From positions 599 to 64,598 of the forward strand of contig JAZDLQ010000070.1 of assembly GCA_043801855.1 (NCBI GenBank): DNA of 64,000 bases. Direction: 5' to 3'. Position numbers and translations under genes: made by a program. The stretch comes from an archaeon. GTDB taxonomy: Archaea > Nanobdellota > Nanobdellia > Woesearchaeales > GW2011-AR15. A model generated the notes under the pieces. The model was not told the DNA's origin. It ran no database searches and worked only from the letters and a program-made list of their open reading frames with translations. This document shows, one piece after another, positions 55,953 through 64,000 of this stretch (the stretch's first letter is position 1; every line of letters begins with the position of its first letter).

Positions 55953-57794
55953 ATGTTAGGGTATACTGGTAAATACATTGATGTAAATCTTTCAACAAAA
56001 AAGTGCGTTGTACTTGATTTGCCAGAGGATTGGCCGCAGAAATACATTGGCGGCATCGGATTTGGCATAAAGGTTGCCTGGGATAATATTCCAAAAGGAG
56101 TCGATGCTTTTTCTCCTGAAAATGTAATTTCTTTTTGGACGGGCCCATTTGCAGGGACATTAGTTCCGGTTTCTTCAAAATATACTGCTGTTGCAAAGTC
56201 TCCTCTGACAGGAACTATCGGTTTTGGTATAAGTTCTGGCGGATTTGGTGCTGAGCTAAAACGCGCCGGGTATGACGGCATTGTGATTCGCGGCAAAGCA
56301 GATTCCCTTTCATATTTATTTATCGATGATGACGCAATCATAATTAAGGATGCCTCGTTTTTGCAAGGAAAGACCACATGGAAATCAGAGGACATGATAA
56401 AGGAATGCCTTGGCGATTTATCTATAAGAGTTGCGGCAATCGGTTCTGCAGGTGAAAAACTTGTACGCTATGCCTGCATTACAAATGACAAAAATAGACA
56501 TATTGGAAGAAATGGATTAGGCGCAGTTATGGGCAGTAAAAATCTAAAAGCAATTGCGCTTAGAGGAACAAAGGATGTTAAAGTAAATGATTTAAAAACT
56601 TTGCTTGCAGAAGTCAAGCAGCTATACAAAGATTGCAGAGGCGAAAAAATGTATTATGGCAGGGAAGGAACACCAATTAAGATACTTGTCCATAATAAGC
56701 GGGCAGTTCTTGCCACAAATAATTCTCAGAAAATGACTTTTGATGGAGCAGATAAAGTTTCAGGAGAGCGCATGCTTAAAGAAAAAGTTAGAAAGATAAT
56801 TGCATGCGAGATGTGCGCTGTTGCCTGCGATCATGTTAATGTGATAAAAGAAGGTGAGTATAAAGGAGCAGTCGGAAGTATTGACTTTGAGACACTTTGG
56901 GCACTTGGCCCATTTTGCGGAGTTGACAATCTTGATGCGATAACTAAAGCTACGCAATACTGTGATTCTCTTGGCATGGATACAATATCAACCGGAGTTA
57001 CAATTGCATGGGCAATGGAATGCTATGAAAAAGGAATATTTACTAAAAAAGACACAGATGGACTTGAATTGAATTTCGGCAATCATGCTGCAATGGTTGA
57101 GCTTGTAAGAAGGCTTGGCAACCGTGAAGGTAATTTTGCCAAAATGCTTGGTGAAGGAAGTAAATATGCAGCAGAAAAAACAGGAAATAATACAATTAAA
57201 TTTGCAATGCAGATTAAAGGCTTAGAAACTAGTGCTTATCCTTTTAGACCGATGCAGACAGGTGCTTTAGGCCACGCAACATGCATAACAGGCGCCTTCT
57301 ACCAGCGTTCAGGAAGCTACCAATATGATGAAAAAGATGCAGTTGACAGGTTTTCACTTGACAAATCAAGGGGAAAGCTTGTAGCTGATGGAGAAGACGA
57401 TTATACTGTAATAGATTCTTTAATAATCTGCAAGTTTTCAAGGAGGATATATACAAACAAAGAAAAACTGGCGCAGATCTTGGGTATAGTGACAGGTGTA
57501 AAACTCACTTATGATGACCTTCTTTTCGCCGGAAAGAGAATTTATACGCTAGGGAAGTGCTTTAATATAAGACATGGTTTTGCAAGAAGCGACGATTATC
57601 TTCCAAAAAGGGCTTATGATGAAGTAATTAATGATGAAATTAACAAAGATGCGAGAGTTAAATTAAATGAGTGGGAAGATGCCCTTGACAGCTACTATGA
57701 ATATAGGGAATGGGACACAAAAACAAGCATTCCAAAAAAAGAAACCCTAAAAAAGCTTGGTCTGGATGATGCAGCAGATGAGGTTGGTGTGTAA
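55953..57794 (+). CDS. aor: Aldehyde:ferredoxin oxidoreductase family (tungstopterin) enzyme
   Basis: MLGYTGKYIDVNLS...YIGGIGFG N-terminus, CEMCAVAC cluster cysteines, and AOR-family length. ATG follows an AGGGGG RBS. Confidence 0.9.
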   Translation: MLGYTGKYIDVNLSTKKCVVLDLPEDWPQKYIGGIGFGIKVAWDNIPKGVDAFSPENVISFWTGPFAGTLVPVSSKYTAVAKSPLTGTIGFGISSGGFGAELKRAGYDGIVIRGKADSLSYLFIDDDAIIIKDASFLQGKTTWKSEDMIKECLGDLSIRVAAIGSAGEKLVRYACITNDKNRHIGRNGLGAVMGSKNLKAIALRGTKDVKVNDLKTLLAEVKQLYKDCRGEKMYYGREGTPIKILVHNKRAVLATNNSQKMTFDGADKVSGERMLKEKVRKIIACEMCAVACDHVNVIKEGEYKGAVGSIDFETLWALGPFCGVDNLDAITKATQYCDSLGMDTISTGVTIAWAMECYEKGIFTKKDTDGLELNFGNHAAMVELVRRLGNREGNFAKMLGEGSKYAAEKTGNNTIKFAMQIKGLETSAYPFRPMQTGALGHATCITGAFYQRSGSYQYDEKDAVDRFSLDKSRGKLVADGEDDYTVIDSLIICKFSRRIYTNKEKLAQILGIVTGVKLTYDDLLFAGKRIYTLGKCFNIRHGFARSDDYLPKRAYDEVINDEINKDARVKLNEWEDALDSYYEYREWDTKTSIPKKETLKKLGLDDAADEVGV

Positions 57795-57795
57795 G

Positions 57796-58281
57796 ATGTC
57801 TCATAAGATAATCGTCTGCAACACTGAAAAATGCACTGGTTGTAGGATTTGTGAGTATATTTGTTCTTCTGTTAATGAAGGAGTGATAAATCCACGAACT
57901 TCAAGAATAAAGACTATTAGGATAGACCCTGTTTTTGATCTAGCATTGTCTTGTAGGAAGTGCGAAAAGCCAAAATGTATCAATTCTTGTGCAAGAAATG
58001 CTATTTCACAAGATGAAACAACAAGGCAGATAGTTATTTCAAAGGAAAAATGCGATGGTTGCGGCTATTGCATCAAAGATTGTCCATATGGTGTTCTCAC
58101 TTTAGGGATAGATAAGAAAATTGCATCAGTTTGTGATTCTTGTACTGAAAAAAACGTAGGAATTCCTGCGTGCGTTGATTATTGCCCAACAGGTGCTATA
58201 AAATATCTTTCTATTGATGAAATTGAAGAAAAAGCTGTTAAGGACTTCCATTCAACACTACAGGAAAAATCAAAGGAATAA
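57796..58281 (+). CDS. 4Fe-4S dicluster electron-transfer protein (DmsB/AorA-like)
   Basis: CTGCRICEYIC, CRKCEKPKCINSC, CDGCGYCIKDCP, CDSC...CVDYCP. Confidence 0.8.
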   Translation: MSHKIIVCNTEKCTGCRICEYICSSVNEGVINPRTSRIKTIRIDPVFDLALSCRKCEKPKCINSCARNAISQDETTRQIVISKEKCDGCGYCIKDCPYGVLTLGIDKKIASVCDSCTEKNVGIPACVDYCPTGAIKYLSIDEIEEKAVKDFHSTLQEKSKE

Positions 58282-58310
58282 TTTTTCTGCTTTTTTTTAT
58301 ATTGATTATT

Positions 58311-58580
58311 TTGTCATTATAATTTGTTATTAATGTTAATAATGCATTATATAATGTGTTATAATGCATTATAATGTGTATTTATTTTTGTGTTGTATTG
58401 AGTAAAAAATATACTTTATACGCATTATTTAGGCATTTTATCCATTATTTTACAAAAATAAAGTTATTTTATTCTTATTTTTAATTTTAATCGCATTATT
58501 ATTTTATAATGTGCATTATAATGTGTTATAATGAACATAATGCATTATCTTATAACATTATTAATGTTAATAATGCGCAA
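58311..58580. repeat. Dense cluster of CATTAT/CATTATAATG palindromic motifs with a 19-bp direct repeat at both ends
   Basis: TTATTAATGTTAATAATGC occurs at 58327..58345 and again at 58558..58576. TGCATTATAATGTGT occurs at 58365..58379 and 58512..58526. ATAATGTGTTATAATG occurs at 58351..58366 and 58518..58533. The centre is A/T-rich. Confidence 0.75.
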
Positions 58581-58647
58581 GTCTTACATTCAAATAGAAA
58601 CAAACTGTTTTTTGTTCAAATTTGCTTAAAGAATGATTAAGAAAAAG

Positions 58648-59379
58648 CTAAGCTAAGTTGTACAATGTCTTTATTTTTTCCTTGTTTTTTACAGCAAAAA
58701 TTTTAATGCCGTTTGGCTGCCTGAATTCTTCAATTAGATCTTTTTTGACCTTCAGATTATTCATGTAAACCCTTATTGAATTTACTGATTTTTTAGTCCT
58801 TCTTGCAATTTCTGTATATGTAAGGGGGGTACTTTGATTAAAAAGGAAGTTAAGAAGCTCTTTTTCAGGGAAAGTGAGTTCATTGTCTTCTGCTTTTATT
58901 GGTTCAGCAGGCAATTTTTGGGATTTTTCTATAGATCTTATCTTGTTTTCAACTTCAAATAGCACTTCTTCTTTTATTTTTCCATACTTCGCCTGGCTTT
59001 CAATAATTCCACTAATGTGAAGAAGAAGATCATTGTGATATTTTTTCATCTCTTCTTTCATAGAAGTGCGAAGATCTGTTTTTAGGTTGCTCTCTAAGGA
59101 TTTTACATCTTTTTCAAGCTGCTTTTGGCTTTTATATAAGTAATTTACCCACTCAGACATGCTTTTAAGAGTAGTCTTTAGCTCTTCTCTGTGATGGAAA
59201 TGGGTCTGATTCAAGGAATTTGAGGAATGGTGAAGCTGTTTTATGTTCTCATGCAGGTAGTTTATCCACATGCGATGGTAATCCATGTGCTTATTGAATT
59301 CAGTGAAAGTGTTGTTAAAAACAGATGTCTTTACCTTGGTTTCTTTGCTAGAATTAAAAAGTCTCTCTAAAACCCCCAT
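58648..59379 (-). CDS. Coiled-coil protein with C-terminal winged-helix DNA-binding domain
   Basis: C-terminus LTYTEIARRTKKSVNSIRVYMNNLKVKKDLIEEF. The N-terminal part is His-rich and coiled-coil. Confidence 0.5.
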   Translation of the reverse strand: MGVLERLFNSSKETKVKTSVFNNTFTEFNKHMDYHRMWINYLHENIKQLHHSSNSLNQTHFHHREELKTTLKSMSEWVNYLYKSQKQLEKDVKSLESNLKTDLRTSMKEEMKKYHNDLLLHISGIIESQAKYGKIKEEVLFEVENKIRSIEKSQKLPAEPIKAEDNELTFPEKELLNFLFNQSTPLTYTEIARRTKKSVNSIRVYMNNLKVKKDLIEEFRQPNGIKIFAVKNKEKIKTLYNLA

Positions 59380-59457
59380 AATAAAGTGAGAGGTAAACAG
59401 GTTAATAAAGGTTTTGAAATGAAAGGCTATGTGTAAAACACGATTCTTATAAATATT

Positions 59458-59739
59458 TTAATCTCTCGTTATATTATAATTTTTTACAATATACGCCGAG
59501 ATTTTGGCATTATAAGATTTAAGAACATTAAGAACAACATCAAGATGCTTTTTTTGAATTATAATTGCTGACCTGATGGGTTTTTCATAATTGGTATTGG
59601 ACAAAACACCTTTAGTTATCGACGTATATTTTCCATTATGGGTCTTTTCTGTAGTTCCAAATAATTTTCTATCAAACTGCTTTCTTTTAACAGGACTTAA
59701 CCTATCAAAAGAATAGCAAATCAGTATTTGCTCTTTCAT
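59458..59739 (-). CDS. Small conserved hypothetical protein (paralogue of 60911..61168)
   Basis: 93 aa. Shares F.RKLF....(S/T)H.GKY....G.LS...YEKP.RS.(I/V)I blocks with the 85-aa ORF on the other side of the IS. Confidence 0.45.
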   Translation of the reverse strand: MKEQILICYSFDRLSPVKRKQFDRKLFGTTEKTHNGKYTSITKGVLSNTNYEKPIRSAIIIQKKHLDVVLNVLKSYNAKISAYIVKNYNITRD

Positions 59740-59749
59740 ATCTTTTTAG

Positions 59750-60909
59750 TAAAATAGAAAAGTTTAAATACTTTTCTGTCTTTTAAAAGACACAATGATA
59801 AAATATTTCCCTTTAGAAGTTCTGATATTATATGAAGAACAAAAGATATTTGATGAGACCTCTCCAAACAAAAAGAAAATAGAACCAAAAGAAAAAAGAC
59901 ATAAGAAAAAAATCAGATATCCACGGGATGAGTCTGCATATAATGCTTCTCAAGAAAATGAGTTTTTATTCTTTTTATCCGCATTGCCATTTGTAGTATT
60001 TTATTCCGTAACAAAAGCAGGTATCAAATTAAAAACATCTGAATTTAACAAATGCTTTGTATATTATATGTGTCTCTCAATAAAAGATTATTTTGGGATG
60101 AGTCTCCGCCGCTCAATTAGTCTTATCAAATTCATATTCTGGGCAATGAAATGGAAATACAAGGTGCCTTGTTTTAAGACGCTAAATAATTACGCGATGA
60201 AACAAGAAACATCGCATATCCAAAGAGTAATGCTTGAATATTCTGCAAGCCCTTTAAAACATATTGAAACACATTTCAATATAGACTCAACAGAAGAGTC
60301 ATTAATTACAGCATCAACATGGTTCAATTGGAGAATTAGAAGAAGCATAAAGAAAAAAGATCATCTCAAAGAACATGTAACATCTACTGCAAAATATAAT
60401 GTTGCAGTTGCTGTTGGCATTTCACCTGCAGGAGATGCAAAATTTATCAGACCGCATGTCAAAAAAATTATTGACCAAGGTTTTTCAATTAAACATGTGG
60501 CAGGTGACAAAGGGTATTTATCAAGAGACGGATGTAATGCAGTAAAAGAAGCAGGAGGACAAGCTAATTTTAAAATTAAATATAATACTGTTTCAAATGC
60601 AAAAAGTAGCCAAGAATGGAAAAGAATGGTAACTGCGCAAAAAGAGGAGAACATTGATGAAATTAATAATTACAATGTTCGGCAGAATGCAGAGTCAACC
60701 AACTCTGCTAAAAAGAAAAAATTTGGCTCTTGCATTAAATCTAAACTTGATATTACTAAGGAAACTGAAGCAATGGGAAAATGGTGTGTTTATAACTTAA
60801 CAGCGATATGCAGAGCATACTATGATAATGCTGCAGATGTAATGTATATTTCTAAGAATTTGCACATTGAAAGATTATTAGCTTACACATAGCCGGTTTT
60901 TCTATTTTA
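59750..60909 (+). mobile_element. Insertion sequence (IS4/IS5 superfamily), about 1.16 kb with 12-bp terminal inverted repeats
   Basis: TAAAATAGAAAA at 59750..59761 and its exact reverse complement TTTTCTATTTTA at 60898..60909 bracket the single transposase ORF. Confidence 0.55.
59795..60892 (+). CDS. DDE transposase (IS4/IS5-type)
   Basis: Candidate catalytic residues in NIDST, AGDKGY and YNVRQNAESTNSAKK, i.e. the Y-(2)-R-(3)-E-(6)-K signature. Confidence 0.75.
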   Translation: MIKYFPLEVLILYEEQKIFDETSPNKKKIEPKEKRHKKKIRYPRDESAYNASQENEFLFFLSALPFVVFYSVTKAGIKLKTSEFNKCFVYYMCLSIKDYFGMSLRRSISLIKFIFWAMKWKYKVPCFKTLNNYAMKQETSHIQRVMLEYSASPLKHIETHFNIDSTEESLITASTWFNWRIRRSIKKKDHLKEHVTSTAKYNVAVAVGISPAGDAKFIRPHVKKIIDQGFSIKHVAGDKGYLSRDGCNAVKEAGGQANFKIKYNTVSNAKSSQEWKRMVTAQKEENIDEINNYNVRQNAESTNSAKKKKFGSCIKSKLDITKETEAMGKWCVYNLTAICRAYYDNAADVMYISKNLHIERLLAYT

Positions 60910-60910
60910 T

Positions 60911-61168
60911 ATGGCCAAAATAATGATGATTTATTCTATTCCAGATGGAAAGGATGCTATCAGAATAACATTCAACAGAAAGCTTTTCAACTATAATCTA
61001 CAATCGCATGAAGGAAAATACAAAAAAAAATCTCAAGGCATTCTATCAAAATATGAAAAACCGTTACGCTCTGTTGTTATTTTTGATAAAGATAAATTGG
61101 CTGCGGTTGAGGTTCTTTGCTCTCAGCTGTCTATTGACGCTAAATTTTATCTAATTAAAGAGATTTGA
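60911..61168 (+). CDS. Small conserved hypothetical protein (paralogue of 59458..59739)
   Basis: 85 aa. See the paralogue entry. Confidence 0.45.
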   Translation: MAKIMMIYSIPDGKDAIRITFNRKLFNYNLQSHEGKYKKKSQGILSKYEKPLRSVVIFDKDKLAAVEVLCSQLSIDAKFYLIKEI

Positions 61169-61327
61169 AGCGCTTTTTCTGCGATAGAATGAATTAGCCG
61201 TGCTCCTTCCTCTCGCTAACGCTTACTTCTGTATTTATTCCAGACAGATGAAAATCTGGATATGGTTTTTAAAAAAGAAACTATTTTAAAGTGCCAGGCA
61301 TTTATTACTTTAATAAAAGGTGATATT

Positions 61328-61570
61328 ATGACTCAAGAGCAGGCTTCAAAAGATGAACAGGTTGGTTTTCATAAAGGGTCACTTTCAACCCTTGCAAAAG
61401 AGAGGCAGGAACTTCTTAAAATGGTAAATATTGTTGAGCAGCTAATGCAGATGCATGTAAAATCACTCTCAGACCTTGGAATTGATTTGCAAAAGATTGC
61501 AAATGAGCAGGCTGCTATTGACAAGAAGCCTATTGAGGATATTGTTAAAAAATCACATAAAAAAGACTAA
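61328..61570 (+). CDS. Hypothetical small coiled-coil protein
   Basis: ATG 61328 follows an AGGTGA RBS. The ORF-track start 61262 lacks one. Confidence 0.4.
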   Translation: MTQEQASKDEQVGFHKGSLSTLAKERQELLKMVNIVEQLMQMHVKSLSDLGIDLQKIANEQAAIDKKPIEDIVKKSHKKD

Positions 61571-61572
61571 TT

Positions 61573-61968
61573 ATGCATTCGTATTCTTTTTCTTTTTTTG
61601 GCCATGAGAATATAGTTGGAACGCACAAGAATACTGTTGAATTCACAAAAGAGAAAAATTTAACTAAAAGAGGCGACTGCATTGTCGGCGTTTCATGTGG
61701 TTTTGATACTTCAGTATTGAAAACATTCTCGTCAAAAAAAGTATTAATTAGAATAACTGTAGACGATGAAATTGAAAAAATAACAGCAGATTATAATCCT
61801 GATTTTAGCGACTTACATGAGCTTGTTATCAGAAGAAGCAATTTCAAAAGCTCAAGAACTTTTGCGACATTTGCAGATAAGGTAGCTATTGACATAAACA
61901 GAAAGCTAATTGAAAAGCTTAAGAATCCTAATATAAAAGGAACTGTATTAATCGAGGAGCTTGCATGA
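61573..61968 (+). CDS. DUF371 domain protein
   Basis: FFGHENIVGTHKNTVEFTKE...RGDCIVGV is the DUF371 pattern. Confidence 0.65.
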   Translation: MHSYSFSFFGHENIVGTHKNTVEFTKEKNLTKRGDCIVGVSCGFDTSVLKTFSSKKVLIRITVDDEIEKITADYNPDFSDLHELVIRRSNFKSSRTFATFADKVAIDINRKLIEKLKNPNIKGTVLIEELA

Positions 61969-62423
61969 AACGCTACCTAAAAAATAAAGAAATAAGGGAA
62001 TTATCAGAAGAAGTTGAAAAGAGCTATAATTTAGATCTAGTCGATAAAAAAGATAAAGTCCTTCTTGTAGATGAAAAGCTTTTTTTTGTAAATGATAAAC
62101 TTATGTTTTTTTTTCATGAAAAAAAAGCAGTGCCAACACTTCGCCTGCTTCTCAAAAATAATTTTCTTAAAAAAATAACAGTTGATATGGGCGCAGTGCG
62201 TTTTGTTGCAGGCGGCGCAGACATAATGAGGCCTGGAATAGTTGAAATAGAAGACGGCATTGCCAGAGATAATGCAGTATCAATAATAGATATTAAAAAT
62301 AAAAAGCCTCTTGCTATTGGAATTGCACTACATTCAACTGAAGAACTGCGGCTGCTAACAAGCGGAAAAGTTATCAGGAACATCCATTATGTCGGCGATG
62401 ATATCTGGAAGTGTGAAGAATAA
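61965..62423 (+). CDS. PUA-domain RNA-binding protein (Tma20/MCT-1-like)
   Basis: VDMGAVRFVAGGADIMRPGIV...PLAIGIAL is a PUA signature. ATGA-coupled to the upstream gene. Confidence 0.8.
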   Translation: MKRYLKNKEIRELSEEVEKSYNLDLVDKKDKVLLVDEKLFFVNDKLMFFFHEKKAVPTLRLLLKNNFLKKITVDMGAVRFVAGGADIMRPGIVEIEDGIARDNAVSIIDIKNKKPLAIGIALHSTEELRLLTSGKVIRNIHYVGDDIWKCEE

Positions 62424-62509
62424 GTTTTTACTAAAAAGTAATTAAACTTTTAAATAACATATAGTTAACTTCTGAATTATGCCTATAATAAATATATCTG
62501 TAAATTAAA

Positions 62510-63913
62510 ATGAGTTTTTTAGCTACTAGCGAAAGTTGGAAAGAAGCCACCAGCAGGCTGGATGAAATTATTATAGCAGATTCTTCAGTTATAGAACCTC
62601 TGTTTCCAGCAAAAGAAGAGGGTAGAGTTCAAGACTTACGTTTAGAAGATACTATTGCTATTGAGGAGAATGATCCTGTTATTGAAACGCTTGTGGGCTA
62701 CAATCGGAGCGTAGCATTAGATCGATATTTTTTATCATATTTAATACCTTACGTAGCAAAAATATACACAAATTTAATGCGTGACACTAAGAAAAAAAAT
62801 TCATTTTCTCACCCAAATTATATGGCTGGAATGGCAATGTCTATGGGATTATCTGCAAGAACAGTATACCAATGTTATGTACACGATGCTGCTGAAGAAG
62901 TATGTGATTGGCTACTTGATAAATATGGCAGAAGTATTATTTCAGATTCACAAAGATTACACAGCAATGAATTACTAGCAGAAATTGACTCTGTTATCAG
63001 CGTTACACCAGAAGTTTCTGGAATGCCTGATGAGCAAAGACGAAAATTGAAGAAATTAAAAACAAGAAGAGCTAAAGAAGCGCGAACTGATTTAAAAGGA
63101 TATAATAGTTTTAAAACTAAAGTAGCTGGATTATTAGGCCACCATATTACTCAATTTGATAAAAATGAATCTTTCTCAAACCCTCAATATTCTTTGCAGG
63201 CGCTTACTAGAACACCTGGCGAAAGGTATGGAGCAGAAATTGCCAGAGTGTTTAGCGTATTTGTCGATGAACAAATTCAGATTAGTAATATTGAAACTAA
63301 ATTACTTGACGGATTGCATAATGTTAATGATATGGGACGGGTAGTATTTAATGGAGAAGAGGATGGACTTGATTTTGATATCAGAATTAAAAGCCTTCTT
63401 AAGAAAATTTATGTTATCAATAAAACAAGAAAATTCTTATTAGATAAAACTCACAATGGCCGCCTTGATGATAAATACTATGGAATATACTGTTTGCATA
63501 TGAGACTTGCTAATGACACTGCAAGAGAAGCAAGAAAAGTGACAGAAGCGTTAGAAATCAGATATAACAATCATAGAAAAAGATACTTTGATAGAGCTAA
63601 AAGAGCAAGAGACGATTATGTAAGTAGAGGGTATATTAATAGATTAACAAATCCAAAATGCAGTTATGAGAGAAAATTTAAAGAGCAGCACCATGGCATT
63701 TATTTTGGAGGAACTTTAGAATCTATTAGAAGATTAGTTGACCATGAAAGAGAAGATAGATATGAGAATTTAAAAGATAACAGAAGAATTAATCAATGTT
63801 ATCGTGATAATTTGATGATGGAGGCACTAGCAACACAATTTTTTACTAATCCTTTATTTCATATTGAAGGATTGGATTATGTACCAAAAGGTAGACATTA
63901 TAAGAGAAGATAA
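62510..63913 (+). CDS. Hypothetical protein with SpoT/Mesh1-like HD motifs
   Basis: SHPNYMAGMAMSMGL...YVHDAAEEV and later KLLDGLHNVNDM resemble the HP...HD..ED and DRLHN blocks of RelA/SpoT hydrolase domains, but the spacing is unusually long. Confidence 0.35.
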   Translation: MSFLATSESWKEATSRLDEIIIADSSVIEPLFPAKEEGRVQDLRLEDTIAIEENDPVIETLVGYNRSVALDRYFLSYLIPYVAKIYTNLMRDTKKKNSFSHPNYMAGMAMSMGLSARTVYQCYVHDAAEEVCDWLLDKYGRSIISDSQRLHSNELLAEIDSVISVTPEVSGMPDEQRRKLKKLKTRRAKEARTDLKGYNSFKTKVAGLLGHHITQFDKNESFSNPQYSLQALTRTPGERYGAEIARVFSVFVDEQIQISNIETKLLDGLHNVNDMGRVVFNGEEDGLDFDIRIKSLLKKIYVINKTRKFLLDKTHNGRLDDKYYGIYCLHMRLANDTAREARKVTEALEIRYNNHRKRYFDRAKRARDDYVSRGYINRLTNPKCSYERKFKEQHHGIYFGGTLESIRRLVDHEREDRYENLKDNRRINQCYRDNLMMEALATQFFTNPLFHIEGLDYVPKGRHYKRR

Positions 63914-64000
63914 TTCACTTTATCCGTCTTGTCTTTGGCACATGGTTGAGCAATTTATTTCCTGTTAATTTTCCGCAGCCAAGAAAATCATCGCCATGCC

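Noticed and set aside
58311-58580. CRISPR array interpretation of the repeat cluster.
   Set aside because: The repeats are 10-19 bp, mostly palindromic and irregularly spaced, with no unique spacers of uniform length. No cas genes are nearby.
61169-61261. A slightly GC-richer spacer with a 6-bp hairpin (TCCAGA...TCTGGA), considered as a possible tRNA or sRNA.
   Set aside because: There is no cloverleaf, no T-loop GGTTCGAATC-like box and no acceptor pairing. It is probably just a 5' leader or promoter region.
1-64000. Genome-wide stop-codon reassignment as the explanation for the in-frame TAA (nrdD) and TAG (hydA).
   Set aside because: TAA, TAG and TGA each terminate other conserved genes at the expected lengths. 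Examples are TAG for orc1 at 6799..6801, TAA for the PolD small subunit and TGA for the ABC ATPase. No pyl genes or suppressor tRNA are visible. Only local readthrough, gene splitting, mutation or sequencing error remain.
63915-64000. A possible C-terminal fragment of a minus-strand gene entering from the right edge (...HGDDFLGCGKLTGNKLLNHVPKTRRIK-stop).
   Set aside because: Fewer than 30 codons are visible, with no recognisable motif. Another frame also stays open for a few codons, so this is not callable.

Overview
Visibly AT-rich archaeal chromosome segment. Archaeal hallmarks are Orc1/Cdc6, PolD DP1 and DP2, MCM, TBP, aIF2-beta, Rpp30 and a class-III-signal pilin. The small tightly packed genes and GGTGA-type ribosome binding sites suggest a DPANN-like lineage. 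From left to right the window holds: (1) XPF nuclease, an ABC-2 exporter, a DUF333+Kazal lipoprotein, a DMT transporter and a RelA/SpoT-domain protein. (2) A replication island: oriC with ORB boxes, orc1/cdc6, polD small and large subunits, then an RPA32-like OB protein, MCM and TBP. (3) A tRNA-thiolation operon (ThiI-like, ubiquitin-like GG protein, TtuA) and Rpp30. (4) A type IV pilus locus with an ATPase, two T2SS-F membrane proteins and a pilin. (5) Housekeeping and accessory genes: stomatin, MEMO, a truncated MCM paralogue, a GC-rich candidate ncRNA, and bacterial-type RlmH and RsmI. (6) An nrdR-nrdD-nrdG anaerobic RNR operon, then HD, Maf and iscS-iscU. (7) A redox island. An electron-bifurcating-type [FeFe] hydrogenase hydCBA sits divergent from a translationally coupled operon: polyferredoxin, HdrA-MvhD, TIM-barrel protein, HdrC, HdrB, MoaD-like protein, tungsten-type AOR and ferredoxin. 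(8) A small accessory patch with a dense palindromic repeat region, a wHTH protein, two paralogous small genes flanking an IS4/IS5-type IS, then DUF371, PUA and an HD-like protein. The most notable points are the archaeal HydABC plus Hdr/MvhD/AOR module; single in-frame stop codons immediately before the catalytic C-terminal modules of both NrdD (TAA) and HydA (TAG); the repeat-dense convergent intergenic region at 58.3-58.6 kb; and a candidate structured RNA at 30.5 kb. No rRNA, tRNA or CRISPR array was recognised. All calls come from reading motifs by eye; no database search was run.
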